A stretch of DNA of 63,030 nt, filler included, from Octopus bimaculoides (taxonomy: Eukaryota): the NCBI RefSeq assembly GCF_001194135.2. It is 5 parts of 5 records of this genome, joined end to end, with 100 filler letters (N's around TTAATTAATTAA, not from the genome) between each part and the next. Parts side by side here need not be neighbours in the genome. Positions count along the whole stretch, not along the records: positions 61,603 to 63,030 come from NW_026385969.1; 4 more parts are not named here. One strand, 5' to 3'. Below, piece by piece: positions 61,889 through 63,030 of the stretch (its first letter is position 1; each line of letters starts with the position of its first letter). Made by a program: the position numbers and the translations under genes. The notes under the pieces are model-generated. The model did no database searches, was not told the DNA's origin, and saw only the letters and a program-made list of their open reading frames with translations.

Positions 61889-63030
61889 TTTGTCCACGTT
61901 TTTTGTGACGTCTTGTACCCAGATATCCATCTATATATACATGTAGATGTAGGTATGTACATACATGTACGTATATATACATATACTCACATATTTTTTG
62001 TATTATTACATATATATATATATATATATATAAATATATATATACACACACATACAAACATATATATGACAATACACATAGAACTATCAACCTGCATCCA
62101 TCTTTATATGTATGTATATGTGTGTGTATGCATGTATGTATGTATGTATGTATGTATGCATGCATGCATGTATGTATGTATGTATGTATGTATGTATGTA
62201 TGTATGTATGTATGTATAAATTAATTGTACGAGGAATAGTGACAGTGACTCCGAAGCTTCAATCTGCTAAGTTCTGTAAAATTATTATAAATGTGTACAA
62301 AATGTATTGAGTAATCTTTCAGTTTAATGTAAAATTTGTTCTCTTATAGCTCAACATAAAAACAAACATTCTTCCCAACCACATGGTTCTGAGTTCAGTC
62401 CCATTGCGTGGCTTGGCGTTTTAAGTTCAAATTCCGCCGTGGTCAACTCACCCTTACATCCTTTTGAGGTCGATAAAATAAGTATCAGTTTACCTGCAAT
62501 TGCTGGCCTTGTGCCAAAATTTGAAACCATTTAAAGTAACGATCTGGCAGGATCGTCTGCATGCCGGAAAAAAAACTTAACAGCATTTCTTCCGGCTTTA
62601 CGCTCTGAGTTCAAATCCCGACAAGGTCGACTTTGCCTTACATCCTTTCGGAGTCGATAAAATAAGTTCGACTTCAGTACTGGGGTTGATATAATCGATT
62701 AAAGTCATCCCCCAAAATTTCAAGCCTTCTGCCTAAAGCAGAAACGATACCATTAGCATAATGATCCTCTCGAGGTACAACAGAATTAGTTATTTATTTG
62801 TGTATATTCAATAATCTCTACTTCCCTTCCACTACAAATATTCATCTTGTGTAAAGATCAAGAAATCATTCATGACAGCTTTCTTTTTTTTTTTTTTCTT
62901 CTCTTATGGGCGATTAATATTCAATACCGTTTAATATAGCCATTATAAATTTTCTTCATATATCAAATAAAACACGAAAAACTTTTTGCTTACGTACACA
63001 CTTCACTTAGATATATATGTGTGTATATAT

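Noticed and set aside
25-62310. Most ORFs in the supplied track (YIYI, HTHT, VCVC, poly-H/T/S/V and X-filled ORFs)
   Set aside because: They are translations of microsatellites or N-gaps, with no domain content or splice support.

Overview
AT-rich, microsatellite-dense, gap-rich animal genomic DNA. The repeat families suggest a coleoid cephalopod, probably Octopus (inference). One protein-coding gene is supported: the 3' five coding exons of an SH3BP5-like (SH3BP5L/parcas family Rab11-GEF) gene on + (4085-13447). All junctions are GT-AG and in frame, and the N-terminal exon(s) are not visible. The rest is transposon debris: tRNA-derived SINEs, RTE, L1/Tx1 and RLE (R4/Dong-like) LINE fragments, Tc1/mariner relics, hAT and piggyBac-type MITEs, and Penelope-like element (PLE) RT and GIY-YIG fragments. 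The main unexplained signal is seven minimal type-I hammerhead-ribozyme-like motifs from five sequence families. Six have a family-specific palindromic stem III (the seventh is a decayed copy), which implies cleavage as dimers. One family has a non-canonical 8-nt core and occurs as a ~252-nt-period tandem dimer inserted into a SINE with an 11-bp target-site duplication, a retrozyme-like arrangement. Also notable are a 121-bp perfect foldback, a 20-bp perfect hairpin in the presumed 3' UTR and a 23-bp minisatellite with five AP-1 sites. No rRNA, true tRNA gene or CRISPR array was seen. TTAATTAATTAA linkers inside N-gaps mark artificial joins, so long-range adjacency is uncertain. All alignments and folds were done by eye.
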